Source of the DNA: an uncultured candidate division Zixibacteria bacterium | Lineage (GTDB): Bacteria > Zixibacteria > MSB-5A5 > GN15 > FEB-12 | DNA length: 64,000 nucleotides | Assembly (NCBI GenBank): GCA_963664195.1 | Contig: OY760907.1 | Location: 2,624,001-2,688,000, forward strand | Direction: 5' to 3' | In this document: piece after piece, positions 30,765 through 41,932 of the stretch | Layout: the number at the start of each line of letters is the position of its first letter | Position numbering within the stretch: position 1 is the first letter of the stretch | The notes under the pieces: generated by a model | What the model was told of the DNA's origin: nothing | The model's input: only the letters and a program-made list of their open reading frames with translations | Database searches by the model: none | Translations under genes and position numbers: made by a program

Positions 30765-31202
30765 CTACCCCTCTTCCGCCATGATCTTTTCGACCCGGCG
30801 GGTGTGGCGGCCACCCTCGAAATCTGTTTCAAGGAACGCTTTAAGTATCGGCGCTATGTCTTCTAATGACGTGTACTTGGCGGCCATCGTCAGGACGTTC
30901 GCGTCGTTGTGTGAACGGGTCAGCTCGGCCATGTCGACGTTCAACGCCAGCCCCGCACGGACGCCCTTCACTTTGTTCGCTGCCATCATCATGCCGTTTC
31001 CGGTCCAGCAGACGTTGACCCCTGTGTCAACCGTACCGTCGGCGACCATGTGCGCAACCTTCAACCCGAAATCAGGGTAGTCGCACGATGCCAATGAATC
31101 CGTCCCGCAATCAACCACCTCGTGGCCCATCGCTTCGAGTGCCTCTTTCACTTTCGCCTTGAACTCGAAACCGGCGTGGTCTGCTCCAACTGCTATTTTC
31201 AT
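30765..31202 (-). CDS. rpiB: Ribose-5-phosphate isomerase B
   Basis: GADHAG, DYPD, CWTGNG, HNDANVL, FEGGRH. Confidence 0.9.
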   Translation of the reverse strand: MKIAVGADHAGFEFKAKVKEALEAMGHEVVDCGTDSLASCDYPDFGLKVAHMVADGTVDTGVNVCWTGNGMMMAANKVKGVRAGLALNVDMAELTRSHNDANVLTMAAKYTSLEDIAPILKAFLETDFEGGRHTRRVEKIMAEEG

Positions 31203-31205
31203 ATA

Positions 31206-32144
31206 CTATTCCGTGACCTTTGTATGTTCGTTGACGTACGTCAGCCAGCCGCGACGGTTGCCCGCCCTGCCTCCGACGATGTCGAAAAAGGCGTCTTGAA
31301 GCTGCTTGGTGATGGGGCCGCGTCTGCCCTCGCCGATTTGGATGTCGTCGATTTTCGAGATAGGGGAGACCTCCGCCGCCGAGCCGGTGAAAAAGACTTC
31401 GTCAGCCACGTAGAGCATCTCGCGCGGGATGTCCTGTTCAATCACTTTGATTCCCAAGTCCCCGGCCAGTTTGATGACGCTATCGCGCGTGATCCCGGCC
31501 AGAATCGAGGAAGCGAAAGTGGGAGTGATCACAATACCGTCGCGCACGATGAAGATGTTTTCAGCCGAGCCTTCGGAAACGTGCCCGGCGGTATCGAGCG
31601 CGATTCCCTCGACGTATCCGCGCGACATAGCTTCCATCTTGATCAGTTGGCAGTTCATGTAGTTGGCGCCCGCTTTGGCCATGGCCGGCATGGTGTTCGG
31701 TGCGAGGCGGTTCCACGACGACACGCAGACCGATATCCCTTGCTCCAGAGCTTCCGGCCCGAGGTACTTTCCCCACGGCCAGACGGCGATAGCGAGATCA
31801 ACCGGGCAGGGTTTCGGATCGACGCCGAGTTCGGCGAACCCACGGTAGGCTATCGGTCTCACATAGCAGGATTCGAGTTTGTTGGCCGCGATCAGGTCGA
31901 TGATGGCCTGGTCGATTTGTTCCGGCGTGTAGGGGATATCCATGCGATAGATTTTGGCCGAATCGTGGAGGCGTTTTGTGTGATCGCGTAGTCTGAACAG
32001 GATCGGGCCTTTGTCGGATTCGTAGGCGCGCATGCCCTCGAAAACCGATGAACCGTAATGAATGACGTGGGAGAGAATGTGAATGTGGGCTTCGTCCCAT
32101 TTGACGAGCTTGCCGTTCATCCAGATGAATTCTGATTTCTGCAT
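31206..32144 (-). CDS. ilvE: Branched-chain amino acid aminotransferase
   Basis: [37 protein letters not shown]. Confidence 0.95.
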   Translation of the reverse strand: MQKSEFIWMNGKLVKWDEAHIHILSHVIHYGSSVFEGMRAYESDKGPILFRLRDHTKRLHDSAKIYRMDIPYTPEQIDQAIIDLIAANKLESCYVRPIAYRGFAELGVDPKPCPVDLAIAVWPWGKYLGPEALEQGISVCVSSWNRLAPNTMPAMAKAGANYMNCQLIKMEAMSRGYVEGIALDTAGHVSEGSAENIFIVRDGIVITPTFASSILAGITRDSVIKLAGDLGIKVIEQDIPREMLYVADEVFFTGSAAEVSPISKIDDIQIGEGRRGPITKQLQDAFFDIVGGRAGNRRGWLTYVNEHTKVTE

Positions 32145-32299
32145 ATAGCTAGTCCCTCAGCGTATGAATTCGAAAGTGAATTGACTTGCGAATGATAATG
32201 AATCCGACGGGTCACTTCAACCGGAAACGCAAACAGCCAACCCGATATCGAGTTGGCTGCGCTTTAGATAATAGCCTTATCTTTATGTCTGAAAACTGG

Positions 32300-32875
32300 T
32301 TACCTGCGGCCGACGAATTTCCAGATCGAAGGCAGCACTACCGAGGCGACAGCGATTTTTATCGCAGCACCCGGGAGGAACGGTGTCAGACCCGCGGTCG
32401 CCAGAGTACCGGCCGGTACGAAAAGCCAGAGCTGAGCCAGTCCACAGACAAAAATGATCGCGGTACCGACAGTCATCGCCAGCACGGACGTAACCAGGCT
32501 GCGATCCCAGCCTCTGTCGGCCAGCGTGCCTACGGCATACGCGGCGACGAGGAAGCCGAGAAGATACCCGCCGGTCGGTCCCATGAGAGCAACCATTCCA
32601 GCTTTGCCACCGGCGAAAACCGGCAGTCCGGCCAGGCCTTCGAGCAAGTAAGCCAGGACGACGGCGGTTCCGCGAGTGCGACCAAGAGCCATCGCCACGA
32701 GCAGAATACCGAAAGTCTGGGCGGTAATCGGCACCGGCGAGAACGGTACGTTGATAGTCAGGTAGGAGCAGGCGACCAGCACTAGATTAAAGCTCAGGAG
32801 CACGGGGATTTCAAGCCATCGCCTGCTCGGTTTCAGCAGATCATAAATCGTCAGTGAATGGGCGTGTGAATGCAT
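32300..32875 (-). CDS. bioY: Biotin transporter BioY
   Basis: PVPITAQ, YLLEGLAGLPVF, GPTGGYLLGF. Confidence 0.9.
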   Translation of the reverse strand: MHSHAHSLTIYDLLKPSRRWLEIPVLLSFNLVLVACSYLTINVPFSPVPITAQTFGILLVAMALGRTRGTAVVLAYLLEGLAGLPVFAGGKAGMVALMGPTGGYLLGFLVAAYAVGTLADRGWDRSLVTSVLAMTVGTAIIFVCGLAQLWLFVPAGTLATAGLTPFLPGAAIKIAVASVVLPSIWKFVGRR

Positions 32876-32994
32876 ATCATAAGTCTCCTGTATGGGTATG
32901 CGGTGACGATACACAGGCTGGATTTTGAAAGCAAGGATTTTTGCACCTGACAGAGAGGTTGAAATCTCCTGCCTCGCGTATCTTCCCTCGTCGA

Positions 32995-33735
32995 TCACAG
33001 GTTGATTTCGAGAACCGCCTGCGCATAGGGACCGGTGAAATCAGCGGTTATCGACTCACCCTCAAGCTCCCACTCTCCGTCGAAGCCTTCCAGTGCTCTC
33101 GTATCTAGGTAGCGATAGCCGAATTCGAGTCCAAGAGAGAAACGACGGGACATCGGTATGGAAGGTCCCCCACTTACGGCAAATCCAATCCCTTTAGCCA
33201 ACAGGCGAGTTTTCGCTTTCTCCCCGACACCCCTCTGAGAAGCGATAATGTCGAACCAACTGTGACACACGGTCGCCTCGACGCCCAATCGAAAGAGTAT
33301 GGGATTTGTGGTAGCCTTCCAGCTCACTCTGACAAATGGTGCAATGGCGTTCATTGACAGGGAATGGGCGACCACCAGATAGGATGGAAACTGGTCGTCG
33401 GGGTCAACGGCGTCCTGAGAAGACCTGAGAAAGCGAAGCCCGAGTCCGACATCTATCTTGTTCGACATTTCTTTCTCCAGAGCCAACGACAGGTCCACAC
33501 CCTTGTCGATGTGACTGTCGAATAGCCGGGTCGGCTCTGCGAAATGGTCTATGTAGAATGTGTTGAAGGCGTCCATGCTGAAGAATCCCAATCCCGCACC
33601 GGCCACTAACCTGTACCCGCTGCCAGCGTGTGAGCCGGGGACTCCGTCCCCGGGCGTACCGGCTTCCTGAGCCACTACGATGCCCCCGAAGCCTGCGAGA
33701 CATACGATAGCACCAACGATTGCAAAGTGTTTCAT
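32995..33735 (-). CDS. Outer membrane beta-barrel protein
   Basis: Signal peptide, EFGYRY, DFTGPYAQAVLEINL. Confidence 0.65.
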   Translation of the reverse strand: MKHFAIVGAIVCLAGFGGIVVAQEAGTPGDGVPGSHAGSGYRLVAGAGLGFFSMDAFNTFYIDHFAEPTRLFDSHIDKGVDLSLALEKEMSNKIDVGLGLRFLRSSQDAVDPDDQFPSYLVVAHSLSMNAIAPFVRVSWKATTNPILFRLGVEATVCHSWFDIIASQRGVGEKAKTRLLAKGIGFAVSGGPSIPMSRRFSLGLEFGYRYLDTRALEGFDGEWELEGESITADFTGPYAQAVLEINL

Positions 33736-33943
33736 AATTCCCTCCATGCAGGTTTTTGAATAGACTATACCGTGGCATCTGCTCTCGCGCGATTGTGTCT
33801 CCGGTGTAGATACAAAGTCGCACACCGTATGAGCAACGGGCTTGTAACAGAAGCTCTGTGAAATCTACATGTTCCAGCAACTCATGTCAATCGGCAAACA
33901 TTGTTGTCGCTCGCCCCAGTTGTCGCTCGCCCCAATTAAAACC

Positions 33944-33972
33944 TTGACACGCGAGCCTACAATTAGTATCTA
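33944..33972 (+). promoter_or_regulatory. Putative sigma70 promoter
   Basis: ttgaca-N17-tatcta. Confidence 0.55.
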
Positions 33973-34157
33973 TAGACATACAGGGTTTCGAGTTGATTCG
34001 GACACCCGGGATTCACTTCGTATCGAAACAGAGCACAACACACTTCAACAATCGCTAACTGCGGGTTTCTGTCTGCGAGGGACTTGGACAGGTAGTGTTC
34101 GATAACTGCAATGGCCCCGGGACCTCACACAGTTTCGGGTGAAGGGAGGAAGTGTTC

Positions 34158-35327
34158 ATGAAGAGATTGGTGTTAATCTTGGTATCGTTGGCGGCTTTGC
34201 TCTGTGCGGTACCGGTTGTATCTGCTCAGGATTGCGGTGATATCAACAGCGACGGATCGGTGAACATTGTGGATATGGTGCGCATCCTCAACCACGTGGG
34301 AAGTGGCTGGGAGTTAACTCCTGAGGAAGAGGCGTTGGCCGACTGCGACGGTCGTCTGGGTGTCACTATTGGAGACGCCACGGCCATAAGCGACTCGCTG
34401 TTCCTGCTTGAAGGCGGTTTTGACTGCGAACCTGCTGCGACCTATACGTTTGCGTTTGCGCCCAACGATACGGTGTTTTTGCCGCGCGTTGAGCAGATAC
34501 CGGACGGGATTGATACTGTGGTGCTGTCAGTCCGGGCCTCTTTCGAGGAGAACACGCACGGTTTTTACATGCCCTTCCGCTCAATCGGCGCGGGTATGGG
34601 AGGCGCTTTCCAGTATGTGAGCTGCTCTAATCCGCAGGGCGGACTCTTTTTCTCTCAAGTCATGTACCCATATGATTGGGAGGTAGATTCCTTGATTGCA
34701 AGCGGGCTCAGGGGCCAATCCGGATCGCTCGTCAACGCGGAGATCTTCCAAGTAAAGTATGGCAGGACTTCCGCGGGACAGGCCGATATTTCGATGGAGC
34801 CTTTCGACAGGGAGGACCTCTGGCGGTTTGCGGTTGCAAAGGACGGAGACCTGTATATCCCGGTGTTCGCGTACTACGATGTTGATCTGCCGGTCTCCAC
34901 ACTCAGTGCATCGCTGACCTCCGTTGCACTCGACGGAACTGCCGGTACTACTACGAGCAGCGAGGTGATGATAGACTTCAGTGCGTCTGACTACCCAATT
35001 GGATACACCCTGACTGCTACGGAACCGTGGATTAGGATCGACGGTGCCGCCAGCGGTATGTTCACAACCCCGGCGAATGTCGTATTCTCTGCTGACCCCA
35101 CGGACTTGTTTGCCGGCGTCTACACCGGGCAGGTTGCGGTCACAGACCTGGTTCCGTCTACGGCTGTGTCCGCAGTTGACTTTATCAATGTCACGATTAC
35201 CGTAGATGATCCCACGCCGTATCCGCCGGGCGATCTTGACTGTGATGGTCTTGTGACGATGAGTGATCTGACGATTATGATTTACTACCTGTTCATCGAT
35301 CCCGGTCCGATTCCGCCGTGTGAATGA
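34158..35327 (+). CDS. Exported protein with N- and C-terminal dockerin-like repeats and BACON/Ig-like domain
   Basis: GDINSDGSVNIVD, ADCDGRLGVTIGD, GDLDCDGLVTMSD..YLF. Confidence 0.8.
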   Translation: MKRLVLILVSLAALLCAVPVVSAQDCGDINSDGSVNIVDMVRILNHVGSGWELTPEEEALADCDGRLGVTIGDATAISDSLFLLEGGFDCEPAATYTFAFAPNDTVFLPRVEQIPDGIDTVVLSVRASFEENTHGFYMPFRSIGAGMGGAFQYVSCSNPQGGLFFSQVMYPYDWEVDSLIASGLRGQSGSLVNAEIFQVKYGRTSAGQADISMEPFDREDLWRFAVAKDGDLYIPVFAYYDVDLPVSTLSASLTSVALDGTAGTTTSSEVMIDFSASDYPIGYTLTATEPWIRIDGAASGMFTTPANVVFSADPTDLFAGVYTGQVAVTDLVPSTAVSAVDFINVTITVDDPTPYPPGDLDCDGLVTMSDLTIMIYYLFIDPGPIPPCE

Positions 35328-35388
35328 GGCAGGGGACAGAGCCAGCAGTTCTTCGGTGAAATCGTAGAACGCAATAGACTACTAGCAG

Positions 35389-35423
35389 AAGCCCGTCGAA
35401 TGACAACAATCGACGGGCTTTCT
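35389..35423. terminator. Terminator between convergent genes
   Basis: aagcccgtcga..tcgacgggctt. Confidence 0.7.
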
Positions 35424-35456
35424 GTCAATTGTGGAGTATAGGTCGATTGGCAGGGG

Positions 35457-38400
35457 TCAGCGAGCGGGTTCGCTGCGTTCGTCCAATGTCTCACGCACCT
35501 TGTGAACCAGCGCGTTCACTTTGAACGGTTTCTGTATGAAGCAGATATCCGGCTCCAATACGCCGTGTTCTGCGATGACATCGTCGGTGTACCCGGACAT
35601 GAAGATAACCTTCAGATCCGGGATGGTCTTCTCCAGGGCATTGCGAAGCTGCTTTCCGTTCATTTCCGGCATGATAACATCGGTCAGAAGAAGGCCGATC
35701 GGGCCGTCGTGCGTTCGGGCAAGGTCCAGGCATTCGTGACCGTTGGCGGCGGGGAGGACTTTGTATCCCTGTTGATTGAGAATAGTGACGATCAGGTTGC
35801 GCATGATATCATCGTCCTCAGCCACGAGCACGGTTTCCGTACAATTAGCATTCTGCTTCTCCCTGACCTTCGGTCGACTCGCTTCAATCGCACCTTCGTA
35901 CCTGGGGAAGTACACGTCGAACGTCGTGCCTGCACCTACTTCAGATCGAACGACGATGTGACCTCCGTGCTGGCTGACGATACCGTATACGGTTGCCAGG
36001 CCGAGGCCGGTTCCCTTGCCGCGCTCCTTAGTTGTGAAGAACGGCTCAAAAATGTGTTTACGCGTCTCCTCGTCCATGCCGAAGCCGGTATCCCGGATTG
36101 AGAGTCGCACATGGTCACCGGCCCGGGCGTCGGGATGCAGAGACAGATGAGAGTCATCAAGAACAGCATTGTCGATCTCAATGGTGAGCGTTCCGCTCGT
36201 CGGCATGGCATGCTGCGCGTTGACCGCCAGATTCAGGAGCACTTGCTCGATTTGTGAGACATCGCCCTGAATGTGCCAGACGTCTTGTTCGGCCCGGCAG
36301 TCGATTTGGATATCCTCCCTGATCGTACCACGCAGCATCTTCTGGAACCCGGCAACCAGCTTCTGGAGAGCGACCGGCTTGAGTTCCAGAACCTGTTTGC
36401 GACTGAAGGCCAGGAGTCTCTGAGTAAGATCCTTCGACCGCTCAGCAGCCTTGAGAATCTGTTCCACTTGATCATAGCGAGGGTCTTCGGGCATGAGGTC
36501 GGTCTGGATCATTTCCGAGTAACAGAGAATCGGGGCGAGCATGTTGTTGAAATCGTGAGCGATGCCAGCCGCGAGTCGACCGACCGTCTCCATTTTCTGC
36601 GAGTGATAGAACTGCTCTTGAAGACTTCTCCGCTCGGTTATGTCGTGAAAATTCCAGACCCGACCAACCTGCATGTTGTCTCTCAAAAGCGGACAGGTGA
36701 AGCGTTCGATGACCCGGTTGTCTTTGAGGCGGATTTCATCAATTCTCTGGCCGGAACTTGCATATATCTCGTATACTCGTTTCTTGAAAGCCACAGGGTC
36801 AGTAACCTGAGCTGAAACGAACTCCAGCATCGATTCGTCGTCGACACTGGCGGCAAGATCCTCGGGAATGCCCCAGATTTCGGCAAAACGGATGTTCGAT
36901 GTAAGAATACGTTGGTGCTTGTCCACCACCAGGATGCCATCGCCGGTGGAGTTGAGAGTGCCTTTCAGAATTTCTTCGCTTTGACGTCTGGCTTCCTCTG
37001 AGCGTTTGCGCTCGGTGATATCAGTTACCACTGAAAAACTGCCGGCATATACACCGTTCTCATCAAGGATCGGTTGCGGTGATACGATGGTTACGATTTT
37101 GTCGCCGCTTCTGGGCGTCCACTCGATTTCGTAGGGCATTCGCTCACCCCGCTTGCGCCGCGATAACTGTTCTTCGACCAGCGGAAGATTGGGACCATCG
37201 AAGAACGCCCGAACAGGTCTGCCGATTATTTCATCGCTCTGGATACCGAGCATACTGCACATTCGGGGGTTGGCGTATGTCAGACGGGCGTCACGGTCCA
37301 CGACGATAATCCCGTCATTCATGGTTTCCACCAGCAAGCGGAACTGCTCCTCACTCTTCTGCAGGGCGTCCTGTGCCCGCTCACGTTGTGCCACGGTTTT
37401 CTTCAATTCGGCGATCTTCGATTTGAGTTCGGAGGCGTGAAGAGTGACCATGGCGCGTTTTTCACGGTAGTAATCGACGCGCTGCTTCAACTCGTCCGGG
37501 GAGACTTTGAGATCGGCGAGGATCTTCCCATAAACGCGGGAGAGCTGTTCGGTTTCCGCCCGACTGACAATCGCACTGTCTCTGAGGGCTTTGTGTGCAA
37601 CGGTCGTACCAACCGATCCTGCCAGTTGCTTTTCTACTTCGCCGAGAAATTCGGACAGTTCCAGAACGGACACTTCGTCCATCTCCCTGAGACCGGTATT
37701 GAACAAGCAGGAGTCGATCATTTTGGCGGCAGTCGCCGTATCGAAGTACTCACCAAGCAGAGCCAGGGCATCCTGAACCTTGTGCTTGAGATGAATACGA
37801 GTGCCCTCTGCTTTTGACGGCGACAGGACGGTTCCCTGATGCAGTATGCCTACAAATACCTCGGCCTGGCGCTCTTCTTCCTCATCACGATCAGAGAACA
37901 TGGAAACGAGGGTGTAGACGCCAACATTGCATACTACGGTCCAGAACACGGCGTGCGACAGAGGTTCGAGACCGGTAAGGCCCAGGAGCTGCTCCGGTCT
38001 GAGCAAGCCAATTCCAAAGGGCCCCTCGGTGAGAAGCTCCTGCGCCAGCCAGCCGCTTCTTACCAGCGACGGCAACAGCAGGGTGTAGAACCACATCGCG
38101 AATCCTGCACTCATGCCCCAGAAGGCACCATGCTTGTTGCCGGTTCGCCAGAAGAGTCCGCCCAGAATGGCCGGAGCAAACTGGAGTGCCGCCGTGAACG
38201 AGATTATTCCCATATTTACCAGCGTGTACGAGCCGGATAGCACTCTCTCGAAGAAATAGCCCACCAGGATGACCGTGGCGACTCCCATCCAGCGGGCGTG
38301 GAGGACATGGTGTCTGAGAAATTGGAGGATCCGCAGCCGGTCTACTGCGGGAAGCATGATATGGTTGGTGAGCATAGTGGACATGGTCATCGAGCTTATC

Positions 38401-39437
38401 ATGATCATGCTGGCTGCGGCCGAGAAGCCACCCAAAAACACGACCATCGCGAGCCAGGGCTTGTTCAACTGAAGGGGAATATCCAGCACAAAAGTATCAG
38501 CTCGTTCGACCGGTAGTCCATTGAGTAGTCCGCCGAAGGCGATGGGAATCACGAAGATGTTTATTGCGAGCATGTAGGCCGGGAAAAGCCACATCGCCGT
38601 CCTGATATGCTTCTCGCTGGAGTTCTCCACGACTCCTATATGGAATTGACGAGGGAGAAACAGGATTGCCGACATGCCGAGGACCAGGTAGGTTGTCCAC
38701 ATTGTGGCGGTTGGTGTTCCGGAACCGTTTTCGCTGAACTGTGTCGCAAACGGGCTCTCTTGGATGCGCTGGAAAATGTCGCCGAAACCGTCATACACGA
38801 AAAAGGTGACCACGACGCCGACTGCCAGAAACGTTGCCAGCTTAACCCCTGACTGCACCGCCACGGCCATAATCATGCCCTGGTGGCGCTCGGTGGGAGC
38901 AAGACGTCTGACTCCAAATATGATGGTGAACAGGATCATGAGACAGACGATGAAGACACCAAGCCCTTCGCCCGCGACCGAGTCGCCCATCCTATCTGTG
39001 AGAAGAGAGAAGGTCTCAGTGATGGCCTTCAATTGCAGCGCTATGTACGGTGCGATGCCCACTAGCGCCATGACCGTAACTAGTCCGGCGACCCGCTGTG
39101 ATTTGCCGTACCTTGCTGCCACGAAGTCTGCGATACTGGTTATTCTATACTCGTCTTTGATCCTGACCAGCTTGCGAAGTACAGTCCACCATAGAATGAC
39201 CGCTAGGGTGGGGCCAAGATAGATGCTGAGGAAGAGAGTCCCTGAAGTCGCTACCAGTCCGACGCTGCCGAAGTAGGTCCAGGCAGTACAGTAGACAGCC
39301 AGAGCCAGCGAGTAAACGACCGGGTTGTCGGCGGGGCTTTTCCCTTGCGATGATTTCTTTGCTACCCAATTCGCAATGAAAAACAGCACGCCGAAATAGA
39401 GGAGAATGGCTCCGATTATGACGCCGGGGGAGAACAT
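35457..39437 (-). CDS. Na+/solute symporter-PAS-PAS-histidine kinase-receiver hybrid (CbrA/CrbS-like)
   Basis: SSS motifs [38 protein letters not shown]-box; [13 protein letters not shown] receiver. Confidence 0.88.
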   Translation of the reverse strand: MFSPGVIIGAILLYFGVLFFIANWVAKKSSQGKSPADNPVVYSLALAVYCTAWTYFGSVGLVATSGTLFLSIYLGPTLAVILWWTVLRKLVRIKDEYRITSIADFVAARYGKSQRVAGLVTVMALVGIAPYIALQLKAITETFSLLTDRMGDSVAGEGLGVFIVCLMILFTIIFGVRRLAPTERHQGMIMAVAVQSGVKLATFLAVGVVVTFFVYDGFGDIFQRIQESPFATQFSENGSGTPTATMWTTYLVLGMSAILFLPRQFHIGVVENSSEKHIRTAMWLFPAYMLAINIFVIPIAFGGLLNGLPVERADTFVLDIPLQLNKPWLAMVVFLGGFSAAASMIMISSMTMSTMLTNHIMLPAVDRLRILQFLRHHVLHARWMGVATVILVGYFFERVLSGSYTLVNMGIISFTAALQFAPAILGGLFWRTGNKHGAFWGMSAGFAMWFYTLLLPSLVRSGWLAQELLTEGPFGIGLLRPEQLLGLTGLEPLSHAVFWTVVCNVGVYTLVSMFSDRDEEEERQAEVFVGILHQGTVLSPSKAEGTRIHLKHKVQDALALLGEYFDTATAAKMIDSCLFNTGLREMDEVSVLELSEFLGEVEKQLAGSVGTTVAHKALRDSAIVSRAETEQLSRVYGKILADLKVSPDELKQRVDYYREKRAMVTLHASELKSKIAELKKTVAQRERAQDALQKSEEQFRLLVETMNDGIIVVDRDARLTYANPRMCSMLGIQSDEIIGRPVRAFFDGPNLPLVEEQLSRRKRGERMPYEIEWTPRSGDKIVTIVSPQPILDENGVYAGSFSVVTDITERKRSEEARRQSEEILKGTLNSTGDGILVVDKHQRILTSNIRFAEIWGIPEDLAASVDDESMLEFVSAQVTDPVAFKKRVYEIYASSGQRIDEIRLKDNRVIERFTCPLLRDNMQVGRVWNFHDITERRSLQEQFYHSQKMETVGRLAAGIAHDFNNMLAPILCYSEMIQTDLMPEDPRYDQVEQILKAAERSKDLTQRLLAFSRKQVLELKPVALQKLVAGFQKMLRGTIREDIQIDCRAEQDVWHIQGDVSQIEQVLLNLAVNAQHAMPTSGTLTIEIDNAVLDDSHLSLHPDARAGDHVRLSIRDTGFGMDEETRKHIFEPFFTTKERGKGTGLGLATVYGIVSQHGGHIVVRSEVGAGTTFDVYFPRYEGAIEASRPKVREKQNANCTETVLVAEDDDIMRNLIVTILNQQGYKVLPAANGHECLDLARTHDGPIGLLLTDVIMPEMNGKQLRNALEKTIPDLKVIFMSGYTDDVIAEHGVLEPDICFIQKPFKVNALVHKVRETLDERSEPAR

Positions 39438-39668
39438 TTATCGGTTTCCCTCTTTCGGGGAGTCCGTTCTCTCCCGATGGCCGTGCCGGGTTGCCAGATA
39501 CAGAGCGGCAACAGCGAAGGCCCACACGAGAAAAATATAGAAGAACATGCTGCCGATTCTCTCCTGCAGCGCCGTTCCCCAGTACGGCCAGAGGAATAAG
39601 ACAAGACAGATGCAGAACAAGACGATGTGTAGTTCGTTGCGTGCGGTCATGTCTTTTAATGACTTCAT
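39438..39668 (-). CDS. Small two-TM membrane protein coupled to the kinase
   Basis: Two hydrophobic helices; stop abuts kinase ATG (TAAATG). Confidence 0.7.
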   Translation of the reverse strand: MKSLKDMTARNELHIVLFCICLVLFLWPYWGTALQERIGSMFFYIFLVWAFAVAALYLATRHGHRERTDSPKEGNR

Positions 39669-39812
39669 GATAGCCCCTGTTACTCCCTGCTATGAATTAT
39701 GTCGGCACGGGAGTAGAATCCTCAACGATTGTCCGGGCCCCTTCCTGTCGGGCAATCGGATTGGCACCCTCTAACTTAAACGGCGTTGGCTTCAAAACGG
39801 TTGGTGGCAAGG

Positions 39813-40145
39813 TCATTCCTCGTACTCTTCAACCCGTCGGACATCGGTGCGTGCAAAGAAATACGGTAGATTGTTGTCGATTCCACGTTCCGCTGTACAT
39901 ACCATAAACGACGGTCCCTCCAGAATCGCGACAATCGTCTGGACAGGGGCATTCCGCTCCAGGTCCGCGCATCGTTTGCCTACTTCTATATAAAGAGGAG
40001 GTTGCCAGTGTTCGGCAGAATTCACCTTGATGGCTCGGATGCGCTTGGATTTCACCGGGGCGCTGATAGCTTTGCTCATGCGTTGTCGAACGCTCTCAAA
40101 TTCTTCCGGGTTAAGCATAGAGACCTTGTTGGCGTTGCGCCTCAT
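39813..40145 (-). CDS. Hypothetical protein (start uncertain)
   Basis: 3' part of ORF 39813-40448 not overlapping the next gene. Confidence 0.5.
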   Translation of the reverse strand: MRRNANKVSMLNPEEFESVRQRMSKAISAPVKSKRIRAIKVNSAEHWQPPLYIEVGKRCADLERNAPVQTIVAILEGPSFMVCTAERGIDNNLPYFFARTDVRRVEEYEE

Positions 40146-40297
40146 ATCAGGTGTTAATTCACCAAGATGGACGCTGGTTTTGGCATGCGCAACAAGAACT
40201 CTCGGGCTGGAGATTCGTTTTATTCTTGTCTTGAACCGGCATCGCGTCTTAGCTTCAACCCGGCAACTCTCAGCGTGTACACAAAACGGAACGCAGT

Positions 40298-41140
40298 ATG
40301 GAAGAAACCAAAAACATCGTAATTGTCTCCGATGGCACCGGACGGACCGCTCGCCGGTTGATGGACGCTGTCCTCGTGCAGTATTCCGACAAAGACCTCG
40401 AATTCTCGTTAGTAAATACGTACACCGAGATTCGCAGCAAGAACGCACTCGACAAGATCATCGCCGAAGTCGACCAGGAAACGCTCGTGCTGTTTTCGAT
40501 CATATCCGAGGACCTCGCCGAGTACTTCACCTCCGAACTCCACCAGCGCGGCATCATGACCCTGAACGTTCTGCAGCCGATGCTCGACATTATGTCGAAA
40601 TTCCTCGGTGTTCACCCTGACTACAAACCCGGCTTGCTGCACGTGATTGATGACCGTTACTATCGCAAGATTGACGCCATCGGCTATACGGTGGAGCATG
40701 ACGACGGTCGTGGGCAACATATCGAGGATGCGGATATCGTGTTACTGGGGCTTTCGCGAAGCTGCAAAACGCCTATCAGCATGTACCTCGCCTGCAATCA
40801 TGGCTTCAAAGTGGCGAACATTCCGGTGGTGCGTGACGCTACGGTTACGCAGAACATGCTCACCCGACTGGACTGCGTGAATTCAGACCGGATAGTCGGA
40901 TTGTTCATGCGCCCGGAGGTACTCGCTTACGTAAGGGAGGAGCGATCCCTTCTGATGACCGGATCTGCGAGATCACAGCAGGAGATACAAGAATACTACG
41001 ACATTCGAGAGATCACGAAGGAATTCCGGTTCTGTCGGGATCTGTTCGAAGTGAAAAAGTGGGCTACGGTCGACGTGACCCGTCGTGCTATCGAGGAAGT
41101 CTCACTTGAGATCATTGACCACTTGTCATTGAAACGCTGA
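40298..41140 (+). CDS. ppsR: Kinase/pyrophosphorylase, PPDK/PEPS regulatory protein
   Basis: VSDGTGRTA, HDDG, GLSRSCKTP, VANIP, RAIEE. Confidence 0.88.
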   Translation: MEETKNIVIVSDGTGRTARRLMDAVLVQYSDKDLEFSLVNTYTEIRSKNALDKIIAEVDQETLVLFSIISEDLAEYFTSELHQRGIMTLNVLQPMLDIMSKFLGVHPDYKPGLLHVIDDRYYRKIDAIGYTVEHDDGRGQHIEDADIVLLGLSRSCKTPISMYLACNHGFKVANIPVVRDATVTQNMLTRLDCVNSDRIVGLFMRPEVLAYVREERSLLMTGSARSQQEIQEYYDIREITKEFRFCRDLFEVKKWATVDVTRRAIEEVSLEIIDHLSLKR

Positions 41141-41153
41141 CGAGGACGTCTGA

Positions 41154-41846
41154 CTAATCGTCGAGCGCGGTGCGGGCAAGGTCACCGACCGACGACACCC
41201 TGAGCTCACCTGACTCAAAGTCATAGACCGTCAGAGTCGCCAGATCATCAAACAGGGGACGGGCTTGTTCCAGGGCCTCTTTCCGCTCAAGTGCCCCCAG
41301 CGCCAAAATCGCATAGCCGCGAATCACCGCATCGCTGTCTTTGAGTGAAGCGACGATGTCGTCGATGGCCCCGGCGAAGATATCCGGGCGCTGAGCCGCC
41401 ACTCGGCCAACTGCCCAAAGGGAACCTCGCTCAAACGGTTCTTCAATGAAAAAAGAAGGGAGAATCGCGCCGTATTCATTCAGCAGCGACGGGACGTTGT
41501 GCAGGATTTCTCCGATCGCCTCCGGACCGTTCCAGCAGAGACCACCCGACTCATCGTTCATCGCCCACAGGAACTTGCGGATCTGACCACGGACTTGTTC
41601 CAGATCATCGTGCGAGATATCTTCCGCCACGCGTCCCAGCGCTTCGATTGTCCGCCAGCGGATGAGAGGATCGGGGTCGAAGAGCACGGTTGAGAGGGTC
41701 CGCATCGGGCCGACTTCCTCTCTGGCCCATGCCACTACGGCTTCGGGGTTGTGTTTCCGGAGCAGTTGCCGGGCGGCTTTCTTGCGCTGCCTCTGGCTGG
41801 ATCGAGTAGTGTCAGCGGATTTATCTTCATTCATAATCGGTATCAT
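41154..41846 (-). CDS. HEAT-repeat protein (DVU0298-like)
   Basis: LWAMNDESGGLCWNGPEAIGEI motif. Confidence 0.7.
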   Translation of the reverse strand: MIPIMNEDKSADTTRSSQRQRKKAARQLLRKHNPEAVVAWAREEVGPMRTLSTVLFDPDPLIRWRTIEALGRVAEDISHDDLEQVRGQIRKFLWAMNDESGGLCWNGPEAIGEILHNVPSLLNEYGAILPSFFIEEPFERGSLWAVGRVAAQRPDIFAGAIDDIVASLKDSDAVIRGYAILALGALERKEALEQARPLFDDLATLTVYDFESGELRVSSVGDLARTALDD

Positions 41847-41932
41847 AGGTCTCTCCTTGCAAGGAGAGAACAGTGAGAGCGAGGTTTTGTTCCGTGAATT
41901 GCATCATCTTTGGCCCGTACGCGCAAAGCAGT

